Shown: positions 10,661-21,114 of the stretch, in pieces
How the letters are laid out: every line of letters begins with the position of its first letter
Numbering within the stretch: position 1 is the first letter of the stretch
DNA from: Armatimonadota bacterium
Lineage (GTDB): Bacteria; Armatimonadota; HRBIN16
NCBI GenBank assembly: GCA_963677485.1
Contig: OY781964.1
Location: 256,001 to 320,000 of the forward strand
Length of the DNA stretch: 64,000 bases
Reading direction: 5' to 3'
The notes under the pieces: model-generated
Database searches by the model: none
What the model saw: only the letters and a program-made list of their open reading frames with translations
What the model was told of the DNA's origin: nothing
Program-made: the position numbers and the translations under genes

Positions 10661-11584
10661 CTATACGATGGGGATGCGCTTCGGTTTGCTGAACACACAC
10701 CTTACGAGTCTATACAGGCTTTTCATGCGCAGCGGATACCGCAGCCAGTTCCGGGCCCATATGCCGATGGCCGTCTTGCGGTGCCCCAATATCTCGTGGG
10801 CTCCCGCCAGGCAGGCCTCACTGTGGATCAGCGCGAGTTTCATCTCTTTGGGGTCTGCGGCGGTGCTGACCAATCGGGCTTCATTCTTGCGGATCGCCGA
10901 TTCCCTGACCCATGTCTCATCATCAAACACGTGGCGGCGCTGCCGTGAGGCGTTCGCTCCATGGATACGGTAGCGGGTATACTCGGCGGGCACAAACTCG
11001 ATATCACCCACCGTGGCCAGGCGCAGCCACATATGCCAGTCACCCGATCCGAACAGCCGGGGCTCGAACAACCCGACTTCCTTGAGTATGCTGCTGCGCA
11101 TCAATACGGAGGAGGCGATCATGCAGTTCGCGCGGATGAGGTTGGTCATGATATTGCCCGATGGCGGCGACGGCCAGTCAAATCCAAAAGGGTTCTGATC
11201 GACCTTATTACCGTTGGCGTCCACGAAACCTCCGCCGGTATGGGCTGCTGTGGCTTGGGGGTTAGCCTGCATGGCGGCCACCTGAGCCGACAACTTGCCA
11301 GCCTCCCAGTAGTCATCGCTGTTCAAGATCGCTATGAACTCACCTTGGGCCAGTCGGATGCCGCGGTTCAGTGCGCCGTATGTGCCGCCGGTCTTCTGAC
11401 ACTCTAGACGGATTTTCCCGCCATAACCCTTAAGTATCTCTACCGATTGGTCTGATGAGCCATCGTCAACCACTATGACTTCGATCTGAGGGTAGTCCTG
11501 ATTCAATACCGAGTCAATGCACTGAGCAATAAACTGAGCATGGTTATAGCTCGAAATGACGACGGATACCAGTCCCTTAACCAA
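10661..11584 (-). CDS. GT2 family glycosyltransferase
   Basis: VSVVISSYN, VVDDGSSD, LNSDD. Confidence 0.9.
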   Translation of the reverse strand: MVKGLVSVVISSYNHAQFIAQCIDSVLNQDYPQIEVIVVDDGSSDQSVEILKGYGGKIRLECQKTGGTYGALNRGIRLAQGEFIAILNSDDYWEAGKLSAQVAAMQANPQATAAHTGGGFVDANGNKVDQNPFGFDWPSPPSGNIMTNLIRANCMIASSVLMRSSILKEVGLFEPRLFGSGDWHMWLRLATVGDIEFVPAEYTRYRIHGANASRQRRHVFDDETWVRESAIRKNEARLVSTAADPKEMKLALIHSEACLAGAHEILGHRKTAIGIWARNWLRYPLRMKSLYRLVRCVFSKPKRIPIV

Positions 11585-11634
11585 AGCTATGTCCCTTCAG
11601 ATATGGCCATTTGTAACAACCATGTCACAATAAT

Positions 11635-11663
11635 CAGCCCCCTTTGAATGATCAAAGGGGGCT
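11635..11663 (-). terminator. Stem-loop downstream of argF
   Basis: cagccccctttga-atga-tcaaagggggctg. Confidence 0.65.
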
Positions 11664-11672
11664 GTGTTCAAT

Positions 11673-12638
11673 CTAGAATCCACCTACCAGCGCGGCGATC
11701 ACAGCCTTTTGGGCATGGAGCCGGTTCTCAGCTTGATCGAAAACTATGCTCTGGGCACTGTCCATCACATCATCTGTGATTTCGGAGCCCCTGTGTGCGG
11801 GCAGACAATGCATGGCCACCGCGTCAGGTTTCGCAGCACTCATCAACGCGCTGTTCACCTGGAAGCCCTTGAAGTCTTGTTCGCGTTTGGCGGTCTCCGC
11901 TTCCTGCCCCATGCTGGCCCAGACATCGGTATAGACGGCATCTGCGCCCTCTACTGCCGCGTAAGGGTCGTTCACGATCTCCACGTTCGAACCCGAAGCC
12001 TCGGCGAAAGTGCGTGCTATCTCCACATACTTGGCACTTGGTTCGTAACCAACCGGACAGGCCACCGTGATATTCACTCCGGTATGTCCCGCCAGCAGCA
12101 TCAAGCTATGCGCCACGTTGTTCCCGTCGCCTATATACGCCATCTTCAGGCCTTCAAGGTGCCCTTTCGATTCGCGCAGGGCCAGGAAATCCGCCAGAGC
12201 CTGGCAGGGATGTTCCTCGTCACACAGCGCGTTGATCACGGGCTTATCGCCCCACTGCGCCAAATCCACCAGCGATTCATGTGCAAACACCCGTCCCATC
12301 ACCACATGGCACCAGCGCTCCAGGTTTCGGGCGATGTCCGCCACGCTCTCGCGCTTACCCAGTCCGATTTCGGCTGGGCTGAGGTAGACCGCGTGTCCGC
12401 CCAGTTGCACCATGGCGGTTTCAAAAGTAAAGCGGGTACGCAGTGAAGGCTTCTCGAAAATCATAGCCAAAATGCGTAGGTTGTCCCAGTGCAGGCGCTC
12501 TGCACCGGCACGTGTGCCTTCTTTCAGTCTGGCGGCCAACTCCAGCAACGCTAGTGCCTCTTGTTTCGAGATGTCCTTGATACCGAGCAGGTCGCGTGAC
12601 TGCAGCGACTCTACCGGTGTGAGAAGCTCATGTGCCAT
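11673..12638 (-). CDS. argF: Ornithine carbamoyltransferase
   Basis: FEKPSLRTR, HPCQALAD, YIGDGNN, DVWASMG, HCLPAHRG, QAENR; ATG 12638 has a purine-rich RBS. Confidence 0.95.
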   Translation of the reverse strand: MAHELLTPVESLQSRDLLGIKDISKQEALALLELAARLKEGTRAGAERLHWDNLRILAMIFEKPSLRTRFTFETAMVQLGGHAVYLSPAEIGLGKRESVADIARNLERWCHVVMGRVFAHESLVDLAQWGDKPVINALCDEEHPCQALADFLALRESKGHLEGLKMAYIGDGNNVAHSLMLLAGHTGVNITVACPVGYEPSAKYVEIARTFAEASGSNVEIVNDPYAAVEGADAVYTDVWASMGQEAETAKREQDFKGFQVNSALMSAAKPDAVAMHCLPAHRGSEITDDVMDSAQSIVFDQAENRLHAQKAVIAALVGGF

Positions 12639-12763
12639 CACATACGTTCCCCTTTCTAAATGCGTGTACGAATACAGTTTATCAGATGAAATCCGCATTG
12701 CCTAAAAACGGAACGTCGGAGCCGTATAGACCCCGACGTAACCATTGAATACTGAGAAGAAGA

Positions 12764-13069
12764 CTAGCCGGCTTCGCTATCCACAATCAACGGCACGATG
12801 AACATGCCGTCACGCTTTTCTGGTGCATTAGCCACCACTTGGTCGGGTGTCAGCCCCTGTTCGGCCTTGTCTTCCCGCAGCACGTTATATACTGGGAAGG
12901 AGTGAGCGGTCGGCTCAACATTCGAGGTGTCGAGCTCTTGAAGCTTTTCAAACTGCCCCATGAGGCCGTTCAAGTGCTTCTCCATGCTCTGCATCTCATC
13001 GGGATCGAGCTGCAACCGAGCCAACCTCGCCACATGGGCGATCTCTTTTTGTGTTAGTCTTTCTGCCAT
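12764..13069 (-). CDS. gatC: Asp/Glu-tRNA amidotransferase subunit C
   Basis: HVARLARL, LQELDTSNVEPT, LRED, NAPEKRDGMFIVP. Confidence 0.93.
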   Translation of the reverse strand: MAERLTQKEIAHVARLARLQLDPDEMQSMEKHLNGLMGQFEKLQELDTSNVEPTAHSFPVYNVLREDKAEQGLTPDQVVANAPEKRDGMFIVPLIVDSEAG

Positions 13070-13096
13070 GCTATTTCCTTGTAAGTAACTGGTCAT

Positions 13097-13180
13097 AGGG
13101 GCGCCTCTTGTGGGCGCCCTAAAGAACAACAAACCATCAACAGAGCAACGTTTCGGGCGCCCACAAGGGACGCCCCTACG
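13097..13180. repeat. REP doublet upstream of gatC
   Basis: taggggcgcctcttgtgggcgccc ... gggcgcccacaagggacgcccctacg, imperfect inverted pair. Confidence 0.75.
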
Positions 13181-13238
13181 GTCATATCAGTCATAGCGTA
13201 GGCTGCCATGAGCTCATGCGACGGTGCTGTCTACTTGA

Positions 13239-13757
13239 TTACAGTCTGCAACCGACTGACAGAACAATCGAGTCACCACGGTCACCACGTCCGCCCACTG
13301 CGTCGGTGAAGTTATAGTTCGCTTCAACAAACACGCGGTCCGTCAGATTGGAACCTAAACTTAACTTGGCACCAATAACCATCTCTGCGCCGTTACCAGC
13401 AGGTTTCAGCCAGTATGGACCAAAGCCGATGCCGACATAGGTCTTCTCCAAGCCGTCAATAAAGAAATACTGGTTCATCGTCAACGATGTGATGCTGCCA
13501 GTCTGACCATTTTTACTGCGCTGTGCATAGTCCAGACAGAGTCTGGAATCGCCTTCGGGGATCAAGCCTGTAGGCAGTTTCGCCTCTGCACCGAGTGACA
13601 GCCAAGTGTCGCTGGGTTGCATTGCTGCTGTCTGAACATAAGATGCGCCGATTTTGACGGCGTAACTCTTACCATTATCGTCTGCGGTTGCGCACACGGA
13701 AGCTGCCAAAGTGACAACGGCCGCGGCAAGGACTGCGATCGAACGAATGCTGAGCAT
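13239..13757 (-). CDS. Small outer-membrane beta-barrel protein
   Basis: Signal peptide, alternating beta-strands (YVGIGFG, VFVEANYNF), C-terminal SVGCRL. Confidence 0.65.
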   Translation of the reverse strand: MLSIRSIAVLAAAVVTLAASVCATADDNGKSYAVKIGASYVQTAAMQPSDTWLSLGAEAKLPTGLIPEGDSRLCLDYAQRSKNGQTGSITSLTMNQYFFIDGLEKTYVGIGFGPYWLKPAGNGAEMVIGAKLSLGSNLTDRVFVEANYNFTDAVGGRGDRGDSIVLSVGCRL

Positions 13758-13929
13758 GCTAAGTCACCTAAATGTGCCAATAGATTAAGGTTCATCTCGA
13801 TGATGTACCTTGCCTCATTATACGTTCGCAGTACGAGTGATGTCAAACTGCCAACACTTGAGGATACAATAATAGAGGTGAACCCATCTGGTTCCCGGAC
13901 GTCTATCTATGTAGGAAGGATGGACGTAT

Positions 13930-14559
13930 ATGAGCACACTTGCAGGATGTATGATGGCTGATTGCGACGCGTCACTGGTAGATAGATGCCTGACCAACGA
14001 TCCAAACGCCTTCGACGAGGTTGTAGATCGTTATCATCGACGCATCTATCATTATGTGAAGCGCATGGTCAAGGACGATACCACCGCAGAAGACCTTACA
14101 CAGGACACTTTCGTGAAAGCCTATCTGCATATCTCCAAATTCAGGCAGCAGAGTTCGCTTCAGACCTGGCTTTTTTCCATCGCGACCAATGTGGTGCGTG
14201 ACCACATTCGCAAGTGTTCACGACGTCCCAGCATTTTCAGCCTTTGGTCTAGCGGCCTTCAAAGCGAAGAAGATCAACAGATTGACATTCCCGATGTCAG
14301 CAACACTCCTGAGCTAAATTTACTATTATCGGAACAATCGGACACCATCAATGAACTCATCAACGCTCTTCCAGAGAAGATGCGTCAGGTTCTGGTGTTA
14401 TGCGACCTTGAGGAATTCACACAGGTCGAAGTAGGCATAATGCTGAACGTACCAAGTGGAACGGTGAAAAGCCGTTTGTTTCACGCCAGAGCCAAACTGA
14501 GAATTGGGTTGCAACCATATCTTGAGGGCCGATCCCCACGTGAGGTGACATCGCCATGA
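13930..14559 (+). CDS. ECF (RpoE-like) sigma-70 factor
   Basis: AEDLTQDTF, TWLFSIATN, GTVKSRLFHAR. Confidence 0.92.
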   Translation: MSTLAGCMMADCDASLVDRCLTNDPNAFDEVVDRYHRRIYHYVKRMVKDDTTAEDLTQDTFVKAYLHISKFRQQSSLQTWLFSIATNVVRDHIRKCSRRPSIFSLWSSGLQSEEDQQIDIPDVSNTPELNLLLSEQSDTINELINALPEKMRQVLVLCDLEEFTQVEVGIMLNVPSGTVKSRLFHARAKLRIGLQPYLEGRSPREVTSP

Positions 14560-14996
14560 ATACCTGTAAACAGCAAATCAACAATATCATGGACTACGTG
14601 GATGGCTCCTTGAACGGAGTTAAGCGCGAACAATTTGAAACTCATCTCCACGAATGTGCGAGCTGCACACAGTCGTTGCTCGCCATACAGCAAGGTTTAG
14701 CGGTAGCAAAGGCAGCTCACAGCTATTGCCCGCCGGAATCGGCATCGGTGAAGGTAAAAACTGCATTGAGGCTCGCAGCTCTCAAGCAGCGTATGGTCTG
14801 GCCTCGTCGTATCGCTTTTGCGGGCGCGTGTGCCTGCATCGTCACCATATCAATGCTGGTCTGGCATCCCTACGCTCAGACGAATAATCAAGTCAACATC
14901 AACAAACTGATAACTGAAGACCATGTATCATGGCAGAACTCCGAAGCATTCAGTGATCCAGCTTTAGCGGAGATCCGCACGGCGGAGCGTCTGTGA
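14556..14996 (+). CDS. Membrane-anchored zinc anti-sigma factor (zf-HC2)
   Basis: HLHECASC (HxxxCxxC), one TM segment, ATGA overlap with the sigma gene. Confidence 0.85.
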   Translation: MNTCKQQINNIMDYVDGSLNGVKREQFETHLHECASCTQSLLAIQQGLAVAKAAHSYCPPESASVKVKTALRLAALKQRMVWPRRIAFAGACACIVTISMLVWHPYAQTNNQVNINKLITEDHVSWQNSEAFSDPALAEIRTAERL

Positions 14997-15955
14997 TGTT
15001 TCGGCGGGTTTTAGCTGTCTCGCTGCTGTTGTGCTGTTGTGGGTTGGTTCACGCCGATGACGCACTCGATATCCTGCGGCAGACGGCCGAATCAGAACAA
15101 AGCATTAAATTCCGCGGTGAACGAAGAACGGAGTTCCCCGATACCAACCATGCAGCAGTGGTTGAGATCGTGATACGCGATGGTATGCGCATCCGGAGCA
15201 CAATTGTGCAGCCTGAGAAGTTAAAAGGTCTTTTGGTCATAGATGATGGACAGAGGCTTTATGTGTTGAAGCCAGGAGAAGCTACGGCTACTCCGGCTCC
15301 CTCACGACAAGCGGAGTTGTCTCGCATGACTGCCGCACTGTTGAGGTTCATCCGTCAAGGTATCACCAAAGCCGAGGTTACAGGCACCGAAGTGGTAGCC
15401 GGCCGCTCCTGCAAAATCATACAGCTTGTGACGAATGGCATGCTTACCCACCGCCTGTGGATTGACGAAGATAGCTACGTCACACTCAAACAAGCCGAAT
15501 ACCAGTTTGGCGGAAAACCGCGGTTTATTCAAAGCTTCACGCGGTTTAAATCGCCTGTGAAGATACCTGGATCTACCTTCAAACTGCCCGCGAGCATCAA
15601 GCTCAATGAGACACCAGTAGTGACGGCCCCGCAATACTACCCGACCGTGAAGGAAGCTCAAAAGACCGTCGACTTTATCATTCGGTCGCCGAAAAACCTG
15701 CCCCCAGGATATAGGCTGGTAGGTGTGCGAGTCAACCCCTTCATGGGACGAGTGTTTGTCAGTCAGCACTTCACTAACAACCAGTTCAATATCACCGTCT
15801 TCCAGACTAAGGCGATGCGTGGCTCTGGCTTGAACAAGTTCAAACCCACCCCCCAGCACCAATGGATGTCATGGCAGCAGGATGGCATCGAATTTGGCAT
15901 TCTGGGTATGGTGCCTTATCAAGTGATGCAGCAGTTTGAACGGGTGATGAAGTAG
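14993..15955 (+). CDS. MucB/RseB-like (LolA-fold) periplasmic sigma-E regulator
   Basis: Signal peptide, EVVAGRSCKII, RLWIDEDS, PKNLPPGYRL; third gene of the ECF operon. Confidence 0.7.
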   Translation: MMFRRVLAVSLLLCCCGLVHADDALDILRQTAESEQSIKFRGERRTEFPDTNHAAVVEIVIRDGMRIRSTIVQPEKLKGLLVIDDGQRLYVLKPGEATATPAPSRQAELSRMTAALLRFIRQGITKAEVTGTEVVAGRSCKIIQLVTNGMLTHRLWIDEDSYVTLKQAEYQFGGKPRFIQSFTRFKSPVKIPGSTFKLPASIKLNETPVVTAPQYYPTVKEAQKTVDFIIRSPKNLPPGYRLVGVRVNPFMGRVFVSQHFTNNQFNITVFQTKAMRGSGLNKFKPTPQHQWMSWQQDGIEFGILGMVPYQVMQQFERVMK

Positions 15956-16139
15956 CCGTTGCGATCGGGCACCATGACAAACGGCTCTGAGTTAATACGC
16001 CGCTATATTTTCCTCAACGCCTCAATATTCTACACTCTGCCAGATCATACAAACTCTATGCCATTCTATCCATTTTCCACGCTTAAATCTGAGCTATAAT
16101 AGTACAAATACAGCTATTATCGTAAGGAGAATCCAATAG

Positions 16140-17255
16140 ATGCAGTCAACTAGTACAGGCCAGACAGCCGTTTTCGCAGGTGCAGCACAACCGCTTGAGC
16201 TCCGCTCCTATCCTGTCATGGAGCCTGATGCCCACACCACTCGGCTTCGTTTAGCCTACAGCGGAATCTGCGGCACGGATGTTCACATCGCCGAAGGCAG
16301 GCTGGCGATGCCGGCAGGCTGCATTCCCGGTCATGAATTTGTGGGGATCATCGAAGCGATCGGTGAAGGCACCGCTACAGATGCACTGGGGCAACCAATC
16401 AAGCCCGGTGACGCCGCTATTGCCTGCATCGCCGTGCCCTGCGGTAAGTGCTTCAATTGCTTGAATGGCGGATCCGCCAACTGCCTGAACTTCGGATTAA
16501 CAAACTCCCAGGATGCCTCCGTGGCACCGCACTTTCATGGAGGGTATGGCGAGTTTCTATTCCACCCCACCCAGAAACTGGTGCTGATCCCTGAAGGCAT
16601 CGATCTGGCTGCAGCGGCAGCTTTCCCGTGTGCAGGCCCGACTATCATACAGGCCTTCATGAACGCTGGCCCGTTGCAGGCGGGTGAACTGGTGGTGGTG
16701 CAAGGCACTGGGCCGGTTGGTCTTTTTGCCATCGCATGGGCTTCGGCAGCGGGCTGTGTGGTAGCCGCCATCGGCTCATCATCGAACCCAGAACGCATGG
16801 AAATGGCGAAGTCTTTAGGGGCAACTCTCGTATGGGACCGCCGCACCAGCACTCCAGAACAGCGCCTGTCCGATGTACAGAAGATGGCCAAGGAGCTAAA
16901 CCGTGGTGACGGAGCCGATGTGGTGATCGAAGCCTCGGGAGCTCCCAGTGCGATCCCAGAAGGTCTCAATCTGGTGCGCACCCGTGGACGCTACCTGGTG
17001 CCAGGCCAGTATTCCCTCAGCGGTGCTGTGGAGATACAGCCGCAGCTCATTACCTTTAAGGCGATCCAGATCAGCGGGAGCAGCCAGTATACAATCGCCG
17101 ACCTGGGCACATACGTGCAGTTCCTGCAGAATCACCCTGAACTGTATGCGGCCTTTGCCAGCACGATCACCCACAGGTATGCCATTTCGGAAGTCAACAC
17201 CGCTCTAGCAAACGCTAGCCAGGGCAAATCCATCAAGGGAGTATTTGTCGCATGA
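16140..17255 (+). CDS. Zinc-binding alcohol/sugar-alcohol dehydrogenase (MDR family)
   Basis: GICGTD, GHEFVG, CGKCFNC...C structural Zn site, GTGPVG. Confidence 0.9.
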   Translation: MQSTSTGQTAVFAGAAQPLELRSYPVMEPDAHTTRLRLAYSGICGTDVHIAEGRLAMPAGCIPGHEFVGIIEAIGEGTATDALGQPIKPGDAAIACIAVPCGKCFNCLNGGSANCLNFGLTNSQDASVAPHFHGGYGEFLFHPTQKLVLIPEGIDLAAAAAFPCAGPTIIQAFMNAGPLQAGELVVVQGTGPVGLFAIAWASAAGCVVAAIGSSSNPERMEMAKSLGATLVWDRRTSTPEQRLSDVQKMAKELNRGDGADVVIEASGAPSAIPEGLNLVRTRGRYLVPGQYSLSGAVEIQPQLITFKAIQISGSSQYTIADLGTYVQFLQNHPELYAAFASTITHRYAISEVNTALANASQGKSIKGVFVA

Positions 17256-19351
17256 TCACAACAGCAGCACCCTCATGGCAGACTGTATTAGGCCAGACCA
17301 GAGCCGCGAATGCCTCTGCCCGCGGCCGCTACGACTTGCGCAAACTCTACCGCGTAGAGGCGTATCGCACACATTCTGGTGAGCCCGAACCGATAGTCCG
17401 TGCCTTCGCATTTGCGAATGTGCTGGACAACATATCCCTGCACTGCGACGATGACGAGTTGTTCGCTGGCAGCCCTGTGGGCTTCCTGAGTCACACACTG
17501 CCTGATGATATATCTGATGCGGAGTTTGAACAGATCGCCACCGAACATGATTCGCGGGGTCACAGGAACTTTATCACAGGATGGGACCACTCGCTGGCGG
17601 ATTACCGCACCCTGCTCTCTGAGGGGATCTGTGGGATGATGGCCAAAGTCGACCATTCTGTGTCCCAGCATACCGAACCTGACCGGCTCAACTATTTGAG
17701 GGCCATTAAGATCGTGCTGGAAGGCCTGTCACGCTTCGCCTTGCGCTACGCTGATGCCTGCGAAGCAGTTGAGAACACCCTCACTTCAGCAAATCTGCGG
17801 CAGATTGCCTGGCAGCCCCCTCTGACACTGCAACAGGCGATGCAGCTCGTATGGCTAACCCACATGGCCTTCAGCAGCGAAGGTCGCGGGCATATGGCCC
17901 TCGGGCGCATTGACCAGTATCTATTGCCGTTCTACAAGAGCGACATGGCTAATGGGACGATCACCGAATCGGATGCACTGGACTGCTTCTGCCACCTGTG
18001 GGCAAAAATCGAGGCCCTTGGCGAGGTTACCAACATCTGCATCGGCGGACTGACACCGCAAGGCGAAGACGCCACTAACGAGCTCTCCTACATCTGCCTC
18101 GATGCCACTCGCCTCATACAGTCACCGCATACCAACCTTTCTGCGCGGTTCCATGACGGCACCCCGGAAGCGTTCCATCGGGCCTGTTTTGAGTGCATCC
18201 GCACCGGTGTGGGATTCCCCGCGATCTTCAATGACCATGTGCTTCTGCCGGGCTTGGAAGAGATTGGGATACCGAGTGAAGTCGCCAGAGATTATTGCAT
18301 GGTGGGCTGCATCGAGACGATGCTGGCCGGACGACAGCAAGCCTGGTCGGACAACCGGTTCAACACCCCGATCTGCCTGCTCAGTGCCATGAAACGGCTG
18401 TCGGAGGAGCAGGATAAATCGTATGATCGGCTGGAGGAGCTGCTAAGGGAAGAGCTCAGCCTGGAGATGGAAAAACACACGAGATTCATCGACGAGATAT
18501 CCACATCGCAGCCAGCGGAGCAAATCCCCGACCCATTCCTCTCCGCGCTCACGCAAGACTGTATCGGCAGAGCGCGTGACATCAACGACGGCGGAGCCCT
18601 TTTCCAGCGGTTCATCGGTGTCGCCATAATGGGTCTGGCCACCATGGCCGATTCGCTGGCCGCGATCAAGAAGCTGGTGTTTGAGCAGAAATCCATCAAA
18701 TGGGATGAGCTTATGAAGGCCCTGGAGGCCGACTTCAAGGGCTACGAGTGGCTTCAGCAGATGCTTCTCAACCGCGCCCCGAAATATGGCAATGACGACC
18801 CGTATGTAGATGAACTTGCCGCATGGATCGTAGACTACAGCTCCAAAGAGGTGTTGAAACACCATGTCTCCACCGGCGGACGATATGTCGGTGCTTTTGC
18901 GGCCAACATCTCCAACATATACGCCGGGATGGAAGTGGGTGCCACACCAGACGGCCGGAACGCCAATACCCCGCTCAGTGATGCAGCCAGCCCCCACTAC
19001 TACCGCGATTGCCACGGCCCCACCGCGTTCATCAACTCGGTCAGCCGACCAGATTACCACCGCGCGCTAACGGGGAGTGTGGTGAACATGAAGTTCGATC
19101 CCGAACACTTCCAGGGCGAAGCAGGCGCCGACCGGTTCTCAGCCTTTACCCATGCATTTTTGGCTGGCCGCATACCGGAGCTGCAGTTTAACTTCACCGG
19201 TAACGAGCAGTTGCACAAGGCACTCGAGAACCCAGACCAGTATAAGGGCCTCGTGGTGCGTGTCAGCGGGTTTTCGGCTTACTTCACGCGGCTGACACCG
19301 GAAGTCCAACAGGACATTCTTCGCCGTCGCGCTCACAACGCGGGCAAATAG
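17252..19351 (+). CDS. Glycyl radical enzyme (PFL2/eliminase-type)
   Basis: GRIDQYL, YCMVGCIE active-site loop, PKYGNDD, GATPDGR, C-terminal LVVRVSGFSAYF glycyl motif; ATGA overlap with the dehydrogenase. Confidence 0.9.
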   Translation: MITTAAPSWQTVLGQTRAANASARGRYDLRKLYRVEAYRTHSGEPEPIVRAFAFANVLDNISLHCDDDELFAGSPVGFLSHTLPDDISDAEFEQIATEHDSRGHRNFITGWDHSLADYRTLLSEGICGMMAKVDHSVSQHTEPDRLNYLRAIKIVLEGLSRFALRYADACEAVENTLTSANLRQIAWQPPLTLQQAMQLVWLTHMAFSSEGRGHMALGRIDQYLLPFYKSDMANGTITESDALDCFCHLWAKIEALGEVTNICIGGLTPQGEDATNELSYICLDATRLIQSPHTNLSARFHDGTPEAFHRACFECIRTGVGFPAIFNDHVLLPGLEEIGIPSEVARDYCMVGCIETMLAGRQQAWSDNRFNTPICLLSAMKRLSEEQDKSYDRLEELLREELSLEMEKHTRFIDEISTSQPAEQIPDPFLSALTQDCIGRARDINDGGALFQRFIGVAIMGLATMADSLAAIKKLVFEQKSIKWDELMKALEADFKGYEWLQQMLLNRAPKYGNDDPYVDELAAWIVDYSSKEVLKHHVSTGGRYVGAFAANISNIYAGMEVGATPDGRNANTPLSDAASPHYYRDCHGPTAFINSVSRPDYHRALTGSVVNMKFDPEHFQGEAGADRFSAFTHAFLAGRIPELQFNFTGNEQLHKALENPDQYKGLVVRVSGFSAYFTRLTPEVQQDILRRRAHNAGK

Positions 19352-19386
19352 GCATACTTAACACTACGAATATCGGGGAGCATTCA

Positions 19387-20964
19387 TTGGATAGAAAAGG
19401 CATCGTCAACATCATCAACTTCATCCGCGCGGTCGACCCGCGCGACCCACGCATCGACCTGATAGGCACCGTGGCGAATCAAATTGAGCTTGTGAACAAG
19501 CACAACTTCGCCGCCACCTGGCTGCTGCAGTACGATGCGTTGATCATGCCCGAATACGTGCAGATGCTGAAGGCCGCCGGTCCACAGCACGAAATCGGCG
19601 CGTGGTTCGAGACCCCTCAGCCACTGGTTGAGAAGGCAGGCATCAAGTGGCGCGGCCGACCAGGTTTCGCGTGGGACTGGCACACCGATGTCGGCTTTTC
19701 CGTGGGATATACCCCGGCTGAGCGCGAAAAGATGGCCGATGTGTTCATGGAGGAGTTCAAAGCGGTATTTGGTAAATACCCGGCGTCAGTGGGCTCCTGG
19801 TTCATGGATGCGCACCTGATTGGCTATCTTGCCGACCGCTACGGCGTCTGCTCATCATGTAACTGCCGCGACCAGATTGGAACCGATGGCTATACCCTGT
19901 GGGGCGGATACTGGGGGCAAGCCTTCTATCCCAGCCGCAAGAACGCCTATATGCCGGCCCAGACCGCCAAAAACCAGATTCCTGTGCCGGTATTCAGAAT
20001 GCTTGGGAGCGACCCAATCTACCAGTATTCCGCCAACCTGGGCGGAAACGGACAGGGCGTGATGACGCTGGAGCCAGTCTACGCTGGTGATGGCGGTGGT
20101 GGTGATCCCAAGTGGGTGCGCTGGTTCTTCGATACGACTTACGGCTCCCCATGCCTCACTTTCGCCTACGCTCAAGCGGGTCAGGAGAACTCCTTCGGCT
20201 GGCCCGGCATGTCCAAAGGGCTGACAGACCAAATCCAGCTGCTTGCCTCCTTGTCGGCTGAGGGCAAACTGACCGTTGAGACGCTAGAGGCATCATCAGC
20301 TTGGTTCCGCAAGCACTACCCCGTCACCCCAGCCTCTGCCGTCACGGCACTGACCGACTGGCGCGGCGATGGGAGGAAGGCGGTTTGGTACAACAGCCGG
20401 TTCTACCGAACCAACCACTTCTGGAGCACAGAGGGCTTCATGATCCGCGACCTGCACATATTTGATGAGAACTACACCGAACGATACCTGACAGAGATCT
20501 GCACCACGCACGACGCGGCATACGATACCCTGCCCATCTGCGATGGCTTCGTGTGGAGCGACCACGAGTATTCAGCGGGCGTCCGGCTGTGGCTGCAGCA
20601 TGCCGATGGCAGTCGAACCCAGCTTGGTAAGGTCGACCCCAAAGTCTCTGAAGACGGCCAGAACCTGCGGATCAGCTGGAAAGAAGATGATGGCACCTCC
20701 GTCAAGATTGTCAATAAGCCAGACACCCTGGAGATCACCATCACCCCTGCCGATTCTAAAGCGCAGTGTTACGCCGAACTAAGCTGGGCGGACGGGAAAG
20801 CAGAGCCGATTAAGATGGTAAAAACCCACAACATACTCTATACCTACGAGCACTTCGACTACGAGTTGCAGTGTACCGTCGGCGAGATGTCGTCTGATCT
20901 ATCGGCCCACGCCATCAGGATCAAGCCCAGCAACCATAAAATCAGCCTGCGGTTCAGGAAGTAG
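19387..20964 (+). CDS. Conserved hypothetical protein with probable glycoside hydrolase/deacetylase barrel
   Basis: ATWLLQYDAL, HEIGAWFE, FKAVFGKYPASVGSW resemble NodB/GH57-type barrels; no signal peptide. Confidence 0.5.
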   Translation: MDRKGIVNIINFIRAVDPRDPRIDLIGTVANQIELVNKHNFAATWLLQYDALIMPEYVQMLKAAGPQHEIGAWFETPQPLVEKAGIKWRGRPGFAWDWHTDVGFSVGYTPAEREKMADVFMEEFKAVFGKYPASVGSWFMDAHLIGYLADRYGVCSSCNCRDQIGTDGYTLWGGYWGQAFYPSRKNAYMPAQTAKNQIPVPVFRMLGSDPIYQYSANLGGNGQGVMTLEPVYAGDGGGGDPKWVRWFFDTTYGSPCLTFAYAQAGQENSFGWPGMSKGLTDQIQLLASLSAEGKLTVETLEASSAWFRKHYPVTPASAVTALTDWRGDGRKAVWYNSRFYRTNHFWSTEGFMIRDLHIFDENYTERYLTEICTTHDAAYDTLPICDGFVWSDHEYSAGVRLWLQHADGSRTQLGKVDPKVSEDGQNLRISWKEDDGTSVKIVNKPDTLEITITPADSKAQCYAELSWADGKAEPIKMVKTHNILYTYEHFDYELQCTVGEMSSDLSAHAIRIKPSNHKISLRFRK

Positions 20965-20982
20965 CCAATATATCAGCCAAGT

Positions 20983-21026
20983 GGCCCCTCCGGTGGTGTG
21001 TCTGTCACCGCCGAGGGGCCGTTTTT
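20983..21026 (+). terminator. Rho-independent terminator closing the dehydrogenase-GRE-hydrolase operon
   Basis: ggcccctc-cggtg...caccg-ccgaggggcc followed by gttttt. Confidence 0.75.
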
Positions 21027-21114
21027 GTATTTACGGTATATGCTTCACTCACACGGTTAAAATCAGGCCAAATATGTGCTATAGTAAACCAATAAACCAC
21101 TCTAAGGAAGTGTC

